Shown here one piece after another: positions 49,458 through 56,674 of a stretch of 64,000 nucleotides of DNA. The stretch lies in the NCBI GenBank assembly GCA_017539425.1, contig JAFYHA010000141.1, positions 3,839 to 67,838 on the forward strand. Direction: 5' to 3'. This DNA is from Clostridia bacterium (GTDB lineage: Bacteria; Bacillota; Clostridia; Oscillospirales; CAG-272). A program made the position numbers and the translations under genes. The number at the start of each line of letters is the position of its first letter. Positions within the stretch are counted from its first letter, which is position 1. Below the pieces are notes generated by a model that saw nothing but the letters and a program-made list of their open reading frames with translations, was not told where the DNA came from and did no database searches.

Positions 49458-49486
49458 ATTTTACTCCAAGCACAAGCCTTTGTCAA
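49458..49486 (-). promoter_or_regulatory. putative sigma-A promoter of tyrS (TTGACA-17-TAAAAT)
   Basis: Minus strand reads TTGACAaaggcttgtgcttggagTAAAAT. The -10 ends about 35 nt from the tyrS ATG. Confidence 0.6.
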
Positions 49487-49507
49487 TATACCGAAGCGCA
49501 AATACCC

Positions 49508-49536
49508 TTGACAGCGCAGTCGGAACTCGGTACAAT
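49508..49536 (+). promoter_or_regulatory. putative sigma-A promoter (TTGACA-17-TACAAT) of the nucleotidyltransferase operon
   Basis: TTGACAgcgcagtcggaactcggTACAAT. It sits back to back with the tyrS promoter. Confidence 0.6.
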
Positions 49537-49580
49537 GGTACACGTAATGACCGGGGTTTCCCCCGCGCAAAAAAGGAATT

Positions 49581-50519
49581 ATGATGAGTAAAAAAATATC
49601 TTTGGTCGTGATGGCTGCCGGAATCGGTTCCCGCTTCGGGAAAGGCATTAAGCAACTTACCGCCATGGGACCAAAAGGCGAGATCATTATGGACTATTCC
49701 ATTTATGATGCCCTGAAAGCCGGCGTTGAGCAGATCGTCTTCATCATCCGGCACGATCTGGAGGCGGACTTCAAAGCCATCATAGGCGACCGAATTGCGA
49801 AATACTGCAAGGTGGCTTATGCATTTCAGGAAAAGGATGACCTCCCGGAGGGCTTCCGGGTTCCTGAGGGCCGCACCAAGCCATGGGGGACAGGGCAGGC
49901 CGTTCTGTCTTGCAAAAACATCGTGGACGGCCCGTTTATCGTCATCAACGCAGATGACTATTACGGAACCGGTGTTTTTGAAAACCTGGTCGCCTTCCTT
50001 AAGTCCACTCCGGCCATGAGCGACGGCAAACTGAATTTCTGTATGGGCGGTTACAAACTCCGGAACACATTGAGTGACAACGGCGGCGTATCCCGCGGCG
50101 TGTGCACTGTTTCCAAGGACGGATATCTGCAATCCATTGAGGAGACACATCACATTGAAAAAACCGCCGGCGGTGCAGGTTCCGTTCAGGATGACGGAAC
50201 GGTCCGTCCTCTGGATCTGGACTCGCCGGTCTCCATGAATATGTGGGGACTGACTCCGGATATATTCCCTGTTCTGGAAGCCAAATTCAAAGAATTCCTG
50301 CGGGCGACACCGGCCGACAATCTCAAAGCCGAGTTCCTTCTGCCGACCATACTGGGTGACCTGCTTGCCGAAAACAAGGCCTGCATCAAGGTCCTGCATA
50401 CGGATGCAGAATGGTTCGGAGTCACCTATGCGGCGGATACGCCAACTGTTCAGGAACCGTTCAAAAAGCTTTGCGCAGAAGGCGTATATCCGGAAGGTTT
50501 GTTCGGCAGAGCCGACTGA
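49581..50519 (+). CDS. sugar-phosphate nucleotidyltransferase family protein
   Basis: 312 aa. N-terminal VVMAAGIGSRFG nucleotide-binding loop, WGTGQAV, and INADDYYG. Confidence 0.82.
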   Translation: MMSKKISLVVMAAGIGSRFGKGIKQLTAMGPKGEIIMDYSIYDALKAGVEQIVFIIRHDLEADFKAIIGDRIAKYCKVAYAFQEKDDLPEGFRVPEGRTKPWGTGQAVLSCKNIVDGPFIVINADDYYGTGVFENLVAFLKSTPAMSDGKLNFCMGGYKLRNTLSDNGGVSRGVCTVSKDGYLQSIEETHHIEKTAGGAGSVQDDGTVRPLDLDSPVSMNMWGLTPDIFPVLEAKFKEFLRATPADNLKAEFLLPTILGDLLAENKACIKVLHTDAEWFGVTYAADTPTVQEPFKKLCAEGVYPEGLFGRAD

Positions 50520-50527
50520 CACGCAGT

Positions 50528-51307
50528 ATGCGCGCCACACATTATACCTTTCACACCAACGGCCGGGTTTCCAACCTGACCGTTGCTGTCTGTGCGGATC
50601 TTCACGACCGTGTCGCTCCGGCCCAAAAAGCGATAAGCCTTTTGCAGGACCTACGCCCGGATCTGATCTTTCTCCCGGGAGATATCGTTGAGAATCATCC
50701 TGAACCGTACGGCTGCGGGTTTGCGTTTCTGCGCGATCTTTGCTCAATCGCCCCGTGCTATATGTCATTGGGAAACCACGAGACCGGAGGCCGGCATTAC
50801 TACCGGAAAGGTACGACATTGCTGATGAACGAGCCGAACTCTTACCGTAACTTTATTACGGACATAAAGGCCACGGGCGTCGTTCTTCTGGACCAATCCT
50901 ATGTGGAAACCAAAGGGCTGATTGTGGGGGGCATTTCTTCTCATCTGTTCCGCAACGCGGATGAAAAGCTGGATCATCATCCCATTCCAACGGCATTTCT
51001 TGAAGACTTTTCCTCCCGCCCGGGATTCCATGTCCTGTTGTGCCACCATCCGGAGATATTCCCGCAAATTGCAGCCCATCCCATTGAACTGACCCTTTGC
51101 GGGCATGCCCACGGCGGACAGATACGCCTTTTCGGCCGTGGACTGTTTGCACCCGGGCAGGGATTGTTTCCCAAATGGACAAACGGCCTTTTGGAACTTC
51201 CTGAGCATCCGGGCCATAAGATGCTGGTTTCAAGGGGAATGGCCAACAATACCCCGATTCCCAGGTTCTTCAATCCCACCCAGATTCCCGTGATTCATTT
51301 TGTTTGA
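50528..51307 (+). CDS. metallophosphoesterase
   Basis: Start MRATHYTFHTNGR at 50528. Calcineurin-like motifs VCADLHD, PGDIVE, LGNHE and CGHAHGGQ. Confidence 0.85.
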   Translation: MRATHYTFHTNGRVSNLTVAVCADLHDRVAPAQKAISLLQDLRPDLIFLPGDIVENHPEPYGCGFAFLRDLCSIAPCYMSLGNHETGGRHYYRKGTTLLMNEPNSYRNFITDIKATGVVLLDQSYVETKGLIVGGISSHLFRNADEKLDHHPIPTAFLEDFSSRPGFHVLLCHHPEIFPQIAAHPIELTLCGHAHGGQIRLFGRGLFAPGQGLFPKWTNGLLELPEHPGHKMLVSRGMANNTPIPRFFNPTQIPVIHFV

Positions 51308-51316
51308 AAAGTATGA

Positions 51317-51351
51317 GCAGGCCCCGGCGATATGCCGGGACCTGCCTTTTT
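51317..51351. terminator. stem-loop terminator between convergent genes
   Basis: GCAGGCCCCGGC-gatat-GCCGGGACCTGC (12 bp with one mismatch), followed by CTTTTTG on the plus strand. Confidence 0.75.
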
Positions 51352-51377
51352 GTGAGTATTGAATTTCAAGTCAAGGA

Positions 51378-52916
51378 TCAAGCCTCGGCTTCCGCCTCAA
51401 GAGCATCCATCAACTTTTCAATATCGCCCTCGATCTTGCTCTGGTAAGTTGCAATCGCTGTAGTCAAAGACCCACGGCTTCCGCCCAGGCCCTGGATCAC
51501 ATCACCGAATGTGCCGAAGTTGAACACCAGACCCGGATCAAAAACACGACTGCTCAGAATGATTCCCAGGCTTTCGCGAGATTCCTCGTCACTGCTGTAC
51601 TTGGTCTTCAGGGACAGATCCACATAAGCGGTCTGCAGGCCATAGTAGGAATCTGCGGCAAGCGCTTCCAGAACCATACCCGTCATGGACAGCCTGTCTG
51701 CCGCATTGTCATTCGGGATAGACAGAAGACCCGTGGTATGCTGGCTGACGGTGGAATAATACTGTTTCTGCTCTTCCTCCAGCATTGGGATCGGCAGAAT
51801 GCCGAATTCAACTTCAGACGAACGCATGTTGGTGACTTCATCCAGTCTCATCCAGAAGAACAGTCCATGCCCGGTTTCAAACATACGGGTATATGCCGCG
51901 TCATCAATATTCTGCTTGTGATGATTGAAGAAGTAATTGGAATTCATAAATTCTCCAATGATAATGACAGCATCCACATCCCGGTCATCACCAAGGGCAA
52001 ATTCAAATTCTCCATCCTCGTTCGTACGGATGATTCTGGCTCCGCTGCCATGGAAGAAGCTGGTGCTGACGTCATGTTTGCCAAGGAATCCCCAGAAGTC
52101 TTCCGCGTCATCGACGCCGTCTCCGTTACCGTTGGTATCCGGATTGCCGACTTCTTCGCAGTATCCCATCAGTTTATCATACGTCCACTCATAGTTGGCC
52201 ACATCATCATAGAACGTGGTCATACCACGGTCATGGGCCGCCTTCTTGCTGAAGGCCAGGGCGGCAGTTGCGTCTTTATCGTTGACGTTGATTGCCGTTG
52301 CTGTCAGGTACAGCGTTCCCATAATGGACAGACTCTCAATTGAGTCCTGATCCCACCAAGGCTTTTCCAGATCGATATACTCAACCTGGTTTAAATCCAC
52401 GAACAGGCCCTTGTTCAGCATGGACGGGAACTCCAGCAGGCGGGGATATACGACCTCATAGGCATCGTCCCCTGCTCCACCGCTCGTCACCTGGTTTTCG
52501 ATCATACCGGGAACGGACGAATTGGTGGCAAACGTCTGAGTGATCTCAACTCCGTAGTTCTCTTTGATCAGTCCGTTTCTTTCATAGACCGCATCATTGA
52601 CAAGGTCTGCATTGATGCCTTCGCTTACAATGTCACGGTACTGCCGGACAGTCTCTCTCCAGCTATCCACTTCCCAGCAAAGAACATCCAAGGTCGATCC
52701 CCAGCTATAGGTTGTGGGGATATCCGGTTTTATCCGGGTATCCAATTCTTCGGGCTTGGTTTCGCTTTCACCGCTACCGCTGTTCTGGGTCTCTTTTGAG
52801 GTTTCGTCACCCGTTTTGCCGCCCGAATCCGTTGTTGAGGATCCACAGGAAGCCAGGACCGTTATGAACATCATCGCAGCCAAAACCAGACAAAGCAATC
52901 TAATCAGGTTCTTCAT
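51378..52916 (-). CDS. extracellular solute-binding lipoprotein (large CUT1/LplA-like family), orphan; paralog of 21200..22756
   Basis: 512 aa. Lipobox FITVLASC-G and a Ser/Gly/Glu-rich linker. Blocks shared with the other copy: (I/V)NDAVYERN, PWWDQ, LSIMG, and FG(V/I)L..P(L/M)..E(D/E)Q..Y. Confidence 0.8.
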   Translation of the reverse strand: MKNLIRLLCLVLAAMMFITVLASCGSSTTDSGGKTGDETSKETQNSGSGESETKPEELDTRIKPDIPTTYSWGSTLDVLCWEVDSWRETVRQYRDIVSEGINADLVNDAVYERNGLIKENYGVEITQTFATNSSVPGMIENQVTSGGAGDDAYEVVYPRLLEFPSMLNKGLFVDLNQVEYIDLEKPWWDQDSIESLSIMGTLYLTATAINVNDKDATAALAFSKKAAHDRGMTTFYDDVANYEWTYDKLMGYCEEVGNPDTNGNGDGVDDAEDFWGFLGKHDVSTSFFHGSGARIIRTNEDGEFEFALGDDRDVDAVIIIGEFMNSNYFFNHHKQNIDDAAYTRMFETGHGLFFWMRLDEVTNMRSSEVEFGILPIPMLEEEQKQYYSTVSQHTTGLLSIPNDNAADRLSMTGMVLEALAADSYYGLQTAYVDLSLKTKYSSDEESRESLGIILSSRVFDPGLVFNFGTFGDVIQGLGGSRGSLTTAIATYQSKIEGDIEKLMDALEAEAEA

Positions 52917-53005
52917 GTCACTGTCGTCTTTTCTAAAATCAGAAAAAACGCTCTTCCTCCTTTACAAAATGTGGTTGATGGAAATGAACAAGATTTCGTG
53001 GTCAT

Positions 53006-53034
53006 AGTATACTCCTTTTTATAGTAATTGTCAA
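53006..53034 (-). promoter_or_regulatory. putative sigma-A promoter (TTGACA-17-TATACT) for the 51378..52916 lipoprotein gene
   Basis: Minus strand reads TTGACAattactataaaaaggagTATACT. Confidence 0.6.
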
Positions 53035-53069
53035 GATGGTGGTCATTCCGCATAGAGCTGTGCTATAGC

Positions 53070-53099
53070 AAAAAAGAAGGGGGGAATAATTGATCCCCC
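53070..53099 (-). terminator. rho-independent terminator after the XRE/S24 repressor gene
   Basis: Minus strand reads GGGGGAtcaattatTCCCCCC followed by TTCTTTTTT. Confidence 0.75.
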
Positions 53100-53124
53100 G
53101 TTCCTGCCGACAACGAATGCGGCC

Positions 53125-53910
53125 TTATTTCTTTTTGAGTTTCCCGATCACACGGCCATAGCAGTGGACTTCGGAAAACTGGCTCAGCTGAATCGGTTTG
53201 TAAGCCGGGTTCAAGGATTCAAGGCGGTCTCCCTTGTACAACTTGAAATAGGATTCTCCGTCGGCTACAAACAAGCCCAGTTCTCCGGGCTCGATACCGT
53301 CGCAGGCCTGCACCATAAGGTAATCTCCGTCATGGAACTTGGGTTCCATACTGTCGCCGGATATTACGACCACGAAATCTGCGTCCCTGGTTTTGTCAAC
53401 ATCTGGAATCCAGATCTCATCCGTTGTTGTCGTGTCCTCAGATAGGTACTGTCCGGTACCGGCGGAAGCCTTCAGATCCGCGTACAACGCGATCTTGCGT
53501 TTCCCGGGCGCCGTATCCTTCTGGATAGCGGGTAGAATGCGAGTTGACACAGGTTCTGGCGCGCTCTTCACACTCTCTCCGGACAACCGGATCGTCTCCA
53601 GTTTCAGCAAGGCAAGCACAACGTCCCTGCCATGCTGATCCAGTGCCCGGAATTCTTCAACGAGCTGTGTTTCGTCATCGTCCAGCATCAGTTTCTCTCC
53701 GCTCTCTTCTCCGTTGATCAGGTATCCGTACGGGATTTTCAGAGCATCAGCCATTGCAATAATATGATTGAATTTCGGAACGTCCACGACCCCGGCAAGT
53801 ATTTTTGCCAGTGTGCTTGCCGAAATGCCGGTAAGCTCCGCAAGCGTTTCATTGGTCATCTTTCTTTCCGCTTTGACTTTTTTAATTCTCTCAATATAAT
53901 TGTTGTCCAT
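53125..53910 (-). CDS. XRE-family HTH repressor fused to an S24 (LexA/CI-like) self-cleaving peptidase domain
   Basis: Start MDNNYIERIKKVKAERKMTNETLAELTGISASTLAKIL (HTH_XRE) at 53910. The C-terminal S24 domain has an Ala-Gly candidate cleavage site (LKASAGTGQY), the catalytic Ser motif ISGDSMEP, and a downstream Lys (SYFKLYKG). Confidence 0.88.
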   Translation of the reverse strand: MDNNYIERIKKVKAERKMTNETLAELTGISASTLAKILAGVVDVPKFNHIIAMADALKIPYGYLINGEESGEKLMLDDDETQLVEEFRALDQHGRDVVLALLKLETIRLSGESVKSAPEPVSTRILPAIQKDTAPGKRKIALYADLKASAGTGQYLSEDTTTTDEIWIPDVDKTRDADFVVVISGDSMEPKFHDGDYLMVQACDGIEPGELGLFVADGESYFKLYKGDRLESLNPAYKPIQLSQFSEVHCYGRVIGKLKKK

Positions 53911-53945
53911 AGAGACTATCCCTTCTTTCTCTTTTGGCTGATTGC

Positions 53946-53974
53946 ATATTACCACAAATGGAATCGTTTGTAAA
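53946..53974 (-). promoter_or_regulatory. putative promoter of the repressor gene (TTTACA-17-TAATAT) with an operator half-site in the spacer
   Basis: Minus strand reads TTTACAaacgaTTCCATTTGTGGTAATAT. The motif's terminal TGG acts as a TGn extended -10. Confidence 0.6.
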
Positions 53975-54013
53975 GTGTTTTCTAAAAATTTTTCCGTTTT
54001 TTGTCATAAGCCC

Positions 54014-54042
54014 TTGACAATTTCCATTTTTGGTGGTAAGAT
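54014..54042 (+). promoter_or_regulatory. putative promoter of the small membrane protein gene (TTGACA-17-TAAGAT) with an operator half-site in the spacer
   Basis: TTGACAatTTCCATTTTTGGTGGTAAGAT. The architecture matches the divergent repressor promoter. Confidence 0.62.
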
Positions 54043-54057
54043 TGTGTCAGAATCAAG

Positions 54058-54083
54058 CCACAAACGGAAATTTCCATTTGTGG
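54058..54083. promoter_or_regulatory. 26-bp palindromic operator CCACAAACGGAAATTTCCATTTGTGG
   Basis: Two inverted copies of TTCC[A/G]TTTGTGG around a central A. It lies between the predicted -10 (54037..54042) and the RBS/ATG at 54106. Confidence 0.7.
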
Positions 54084-54105
54084 TCATCCAAGAAAGGCTT
54101 CCGTT

Positions 54106-54396
54106 ATGGATTCGTTATCCAAGATTCAGTCCGTGTCATCCTATAAACCTCTTCGCCAGGCGGCGGTCAAGGCCCGGTTCTTTCCTGCAAAAACCGATTC
54201 TTCCGTAAAAGTCGCTACACTTATCAAGGTGCTGGCTTTACTGGGAGCCGCAACAGGCTTCTTCGGAATCATTCTTTTTACCTGCATCGCTGTAGCCTCC
54301 GGCATCAGCCTTTCAATCACCATTTTTGGAATCAGCGCATTCTCTGCCCTGGAGATGATCTCACTTCACCGGTTGCGCAAGATGTCCCCTATGTAA
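54106..54396 (+). CDS. small hypothetical membrane protein (96 aa, two predicted TM helices)
   Basis: The ORF has its own consensus -35 promoter, a GAAAGG RBS 8 nt upstream, and a strong terminator 40 nt downstream. The polar N-terminus (~35 aa) is followed by VATLIKVLALLGAATGFFGIILFTCIAVA and SGISLSITIFGISAFSALEMISL, then a basic tail HRLRKMSPM. I recognise no family. Confidence 0.55.
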   Translation: MDSLSKIQSVSSYKPLRQAAVKARFFPAKTDSSVKVATLIKVLALLGAATGFFGIILFTCIAVASGISLSITIFGISAFSALEMISLHRLRKMSPM

Positions 54397-54437
54397 ATCT
54401 TTTCGTCAACTTTCATTCTGTCCCCACAGAATCCCCC

Positions 54438-54470
54438 GCACACGGCTCTCCCCAAGCCGTGTGCTTTTTT
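54438..54470 (+). terminator. rho-independent terminator after the small membrane protein gene
   Basis: GCACACGGCT-ctcccca-AGCCGTGTGC (10 bp) followed by TTTTTT. Confidence 0.88.
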
Positions 54471-54555
54471 CAAAAACGGTTTGTAAACATGTTGCACAAT
54501 TTGAGTGGGCGTGAGTTGTGCACTTGGGCAAAAACCAGTAGAGTAAAAAAAGCAA

Positions 54556-54584
54556 TTGATTTTACTATATCTTTATGTTATAAT
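54556..54584 (+). promoter_or_regulatory. putative sigma-A promoter (TTGATT-17-TATAAT) of the OppA-like lipoprotein gene
   Basis: TTGATTttactatatctttatgtTATAAT lies about 56 nt upstream of the ATG. AGGAGG SD follows. Confidence 0.6.
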
Positions 54585-54640
54585 TACATAGCATATAGGC
54601 TTGTTGTATATGGCAGATACTCTTAGGAGGATTCACAATA

Positions 54641-56593
54641 ATGTTCAGAAAAGTATTGGCATTATTTCTTTGTGTAGCCTGTCTTGGGTCGGTCTGCTTC
54701 GGACTGACCTCCTGCAAGGAGAAGGACGAAGAAGATAAAGGCGCCATCGTAACCGTTTATGTTCCGAGCACCGTCATTGACCTGGACCCGGCAAACGCTT
54801 TTTACGATGATGATGTGGCCCGCATCGTTAACCTTGTCTTTGACACATTGTTCTATGTAGACAGCCGTGGCAGACTGCAGAATGGTCTGGCCCAGTCCTA
54901 CAAGATCTTTGAGGACAAGGAACATGATGAATATTATATGGAGATCACCCTTAAAAACACCCTGTGGACGGACAAGACCCCGTTGACCGCGGATGATGTG
55001 ATCTTCGCCTGGAAACGGATCCTGGACTATGAAAACGACAACCCGGCTGCTTCCCTTCTGTTTGACATCAAGGGAGCCCGTGATTTCAACATCGGCGAAG
55101 TAGGTCCGGATGATATCGGTCTGGATGCTGTTGACGATAAGGTCCTGAGGGTCACCTTCGAAACCGCCATCAATTATCAGGCGTTCTTATTGAACCTGAC
55201 CAACGTCTGCACCGCACCGCTCCGCGAGGACTATTGCGGCCGTCTGGGCGACTGGGCAAAAAAGTCCAGTACTATGGTGGCAAGCGGTCCTTACAAGTTG
55301 ACGAAAGTCTATTTGTCCGGTCCTTACGATAGCGGCAAAATCCCGGATCACTACTACCTGGATGATGTCAACTTCAAACTTGGCGTCAAAGAAGGCACCT
55401 ATATTGAGAAGTCTTTCGATGACAACCCCCGTCAGGATTTGTACATGTTCGTTTTGGAACGGAACCAGTACTATTTCCGTGATCCGGAACGCGATCCTCT
55501 GGAAAAGATCGTGAAGCCGTTCAAACTGATCGTGATGTGCGGTCTGTCCGCAGAGAATGTGGATGCTCTTTACAAGAGCGGTGACCTGTTCTATGTGGGC
55601 AACATTCCGCTCTCCATTCGGGAAGCCCATGCCAATGATGCGGTCGTTTCAGACGCTTTGTCTGCCTTTTCGCTGTCTCTGAATGAAAATCTTGAGATCA
55701 ACGGCGTTAAGCTGTTTGCCGATGCCAAAGTCCGCAAGGCCCTTTCCCTGGCTATCGACCGTGAGGAGCTGGCCAAACTGGTCGTTTTCGCAAAGCCGGC
55801 TACCGGCATCGTACCTCCCGGAGTCTTCAATGCGGATTCTTCCAAGACGACCTTCCGTTCCGCCGGGGAGAACCTGATCGCGACAACGGCAAACATGGCA
55901 GAGGCCAAGAGCCTTCTGTCCGAAGCCGGAATCACGCCGTCCGAATTCTCTTTCCAGATCATGGTCGCCACACACAACGAAGTGCAGAAAGCCCTGGCTG
56001 AAAAGATCAAGGACGCATGGGTAGAGCTTGGATTTGATGTCAGCATCCAGGAAAAGCTCACCATTATGAACAACGATTACTACAAATACACAGCTTCCGT
56101 TCCTCAGGACGTCATTGACGATATGTTCATGGACTCCATCGTACATGGCGATTATGATGTTGCCGCGTTCGATATGAGCGCCTACAGCGTCTCCGCTTTC
56201 GGCGTTCTGGCTCCGTTTGCTTCCTCTTTCAGCGGTATGTCGATCGATATCTATGCCGATGAAGAGGAGAGATATGCTCCGCACATTACCGGCTATTACA
56301 ACGAGGATTACGATCAGCTGATTGAAGATGCCTTTGCCGAAAAGGATCTTAACAAGCGGGCAGAAATCCTCCACGAGGCTGAAAAAATCCTTGCCGAAGA
56401 CCTGCCTGTGATTCCCGTTCTGTTCAATCAGAAGGCCGAACTGATCAACAGCAAAGTGCTCCGCAAGTTCAGCGCCGACTATTACGGGCTACCCGTGTTC
56501 ACAAACTGTGTCATCCCGGATTACTTCTCCTACTATGAAGATTTCAACGAACTGATCTCCGTCGGTTTGGCACCGTGGCTGGAGACCAAGTAA
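54641..56593 (+). CDS. ABC transporter substrate-binding lipoprotein, family 5 (peptide/nickel, OppA-like), orphan
   Basis: 650 aa. Lipobox CFGLTSC-K. SBP_bac_5-like features (VTVYVPSTVIDLDPA..., WTDKTPLTADDV). No permease or ATPase genes flank it. Confidence 0.86.
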   Translation: MFRKVLALFLCVACLGSVCFGLTSCKEKDEEDKGAIVTVYVPSTVIDLDPANAFYDDDVARIVNLVFDTLFYVDSRGRLQNGLAQSYKIFEDKEHDEYYMEITLKNTLWTDKTPLTADDVIFAWKRILDYENDNPAASLLFDIKGARDFNIGEVGPDDIGLDAVDDKVLRVTFETAINYQAFLLNLTNVCTAPLREDYCGRLGDWAKKSSTMVASGPYKLTKVYLSGPYDSGKIPDHYYLDDVNFKLGVKEGTYIEKSFDDNPRQDLYMFVLERNQYYFRDPERDPLEKIVKPFKLIVMCGLSAENVDALYKSGDLFYVGNIPLSIREAHANDAVVSDALSAFSLSLNENLEINGVKLFADAKVRKALSLAIDREELAKLVVFAKPATGIVPPGVFNADSSKTTFRSAGENLIATTANMAEAKSLLSEAGITPSEFSFQIMVATHNEVQKALAEKIKDAWVELGFDVSIQEKLTIMNNDYYKYTASVPQDVIDDMFMDSIVHGDYDVAAFDMSAYSVSAFGVLAPFASSFSGMSIDIYADEEERYAPHITGYYNEDYDQLIEDAFAEKDLNKRAEILHEAEKILAEDLPVIPVLFNQKAELINSKVLRKFSADYYGLPVFTNCVIPDYFSYYEDFNELISVGLAPWLETK

Positions 56594-56626
56594 TCAGATA
56601 CGGTTTTTGATACACTTAACTTAACA

Positions 56627-56659
56627 CAAAAACAGGATCCGTTGCCGGGTCCTGTTTTT
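56627..56659. terminator. bidirectional rho-independent terminator
   Basis: AAAAA-CAGGATCC-gttgcc-GGGTCCTG-TTTTT, between the convergent OppA-like gene and glnS. Confidence 0.8.
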
Positions 56660-56674
56660 GCGTTGAACCGTACG

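Noticed and set aside
49461-50819. 452-aa minus-strand ORF spanning two plus-strand genes
   Set aside because: It crosses the boundary between the nucleotidyltransferase and metallophosphoesterase genes, both of which have clear motifs. It also begins inside the divergent promoter region. It is spurious.
53942-54208. 88-aa plus-strand ORF across the repressor/effector intergenic region
   Set aside because: It starts inside the leftward promoter, runs through all the operator sites, and has no RBS. The downstream 96-aa ORF (54106..54396) in another frame has proper expression signals.
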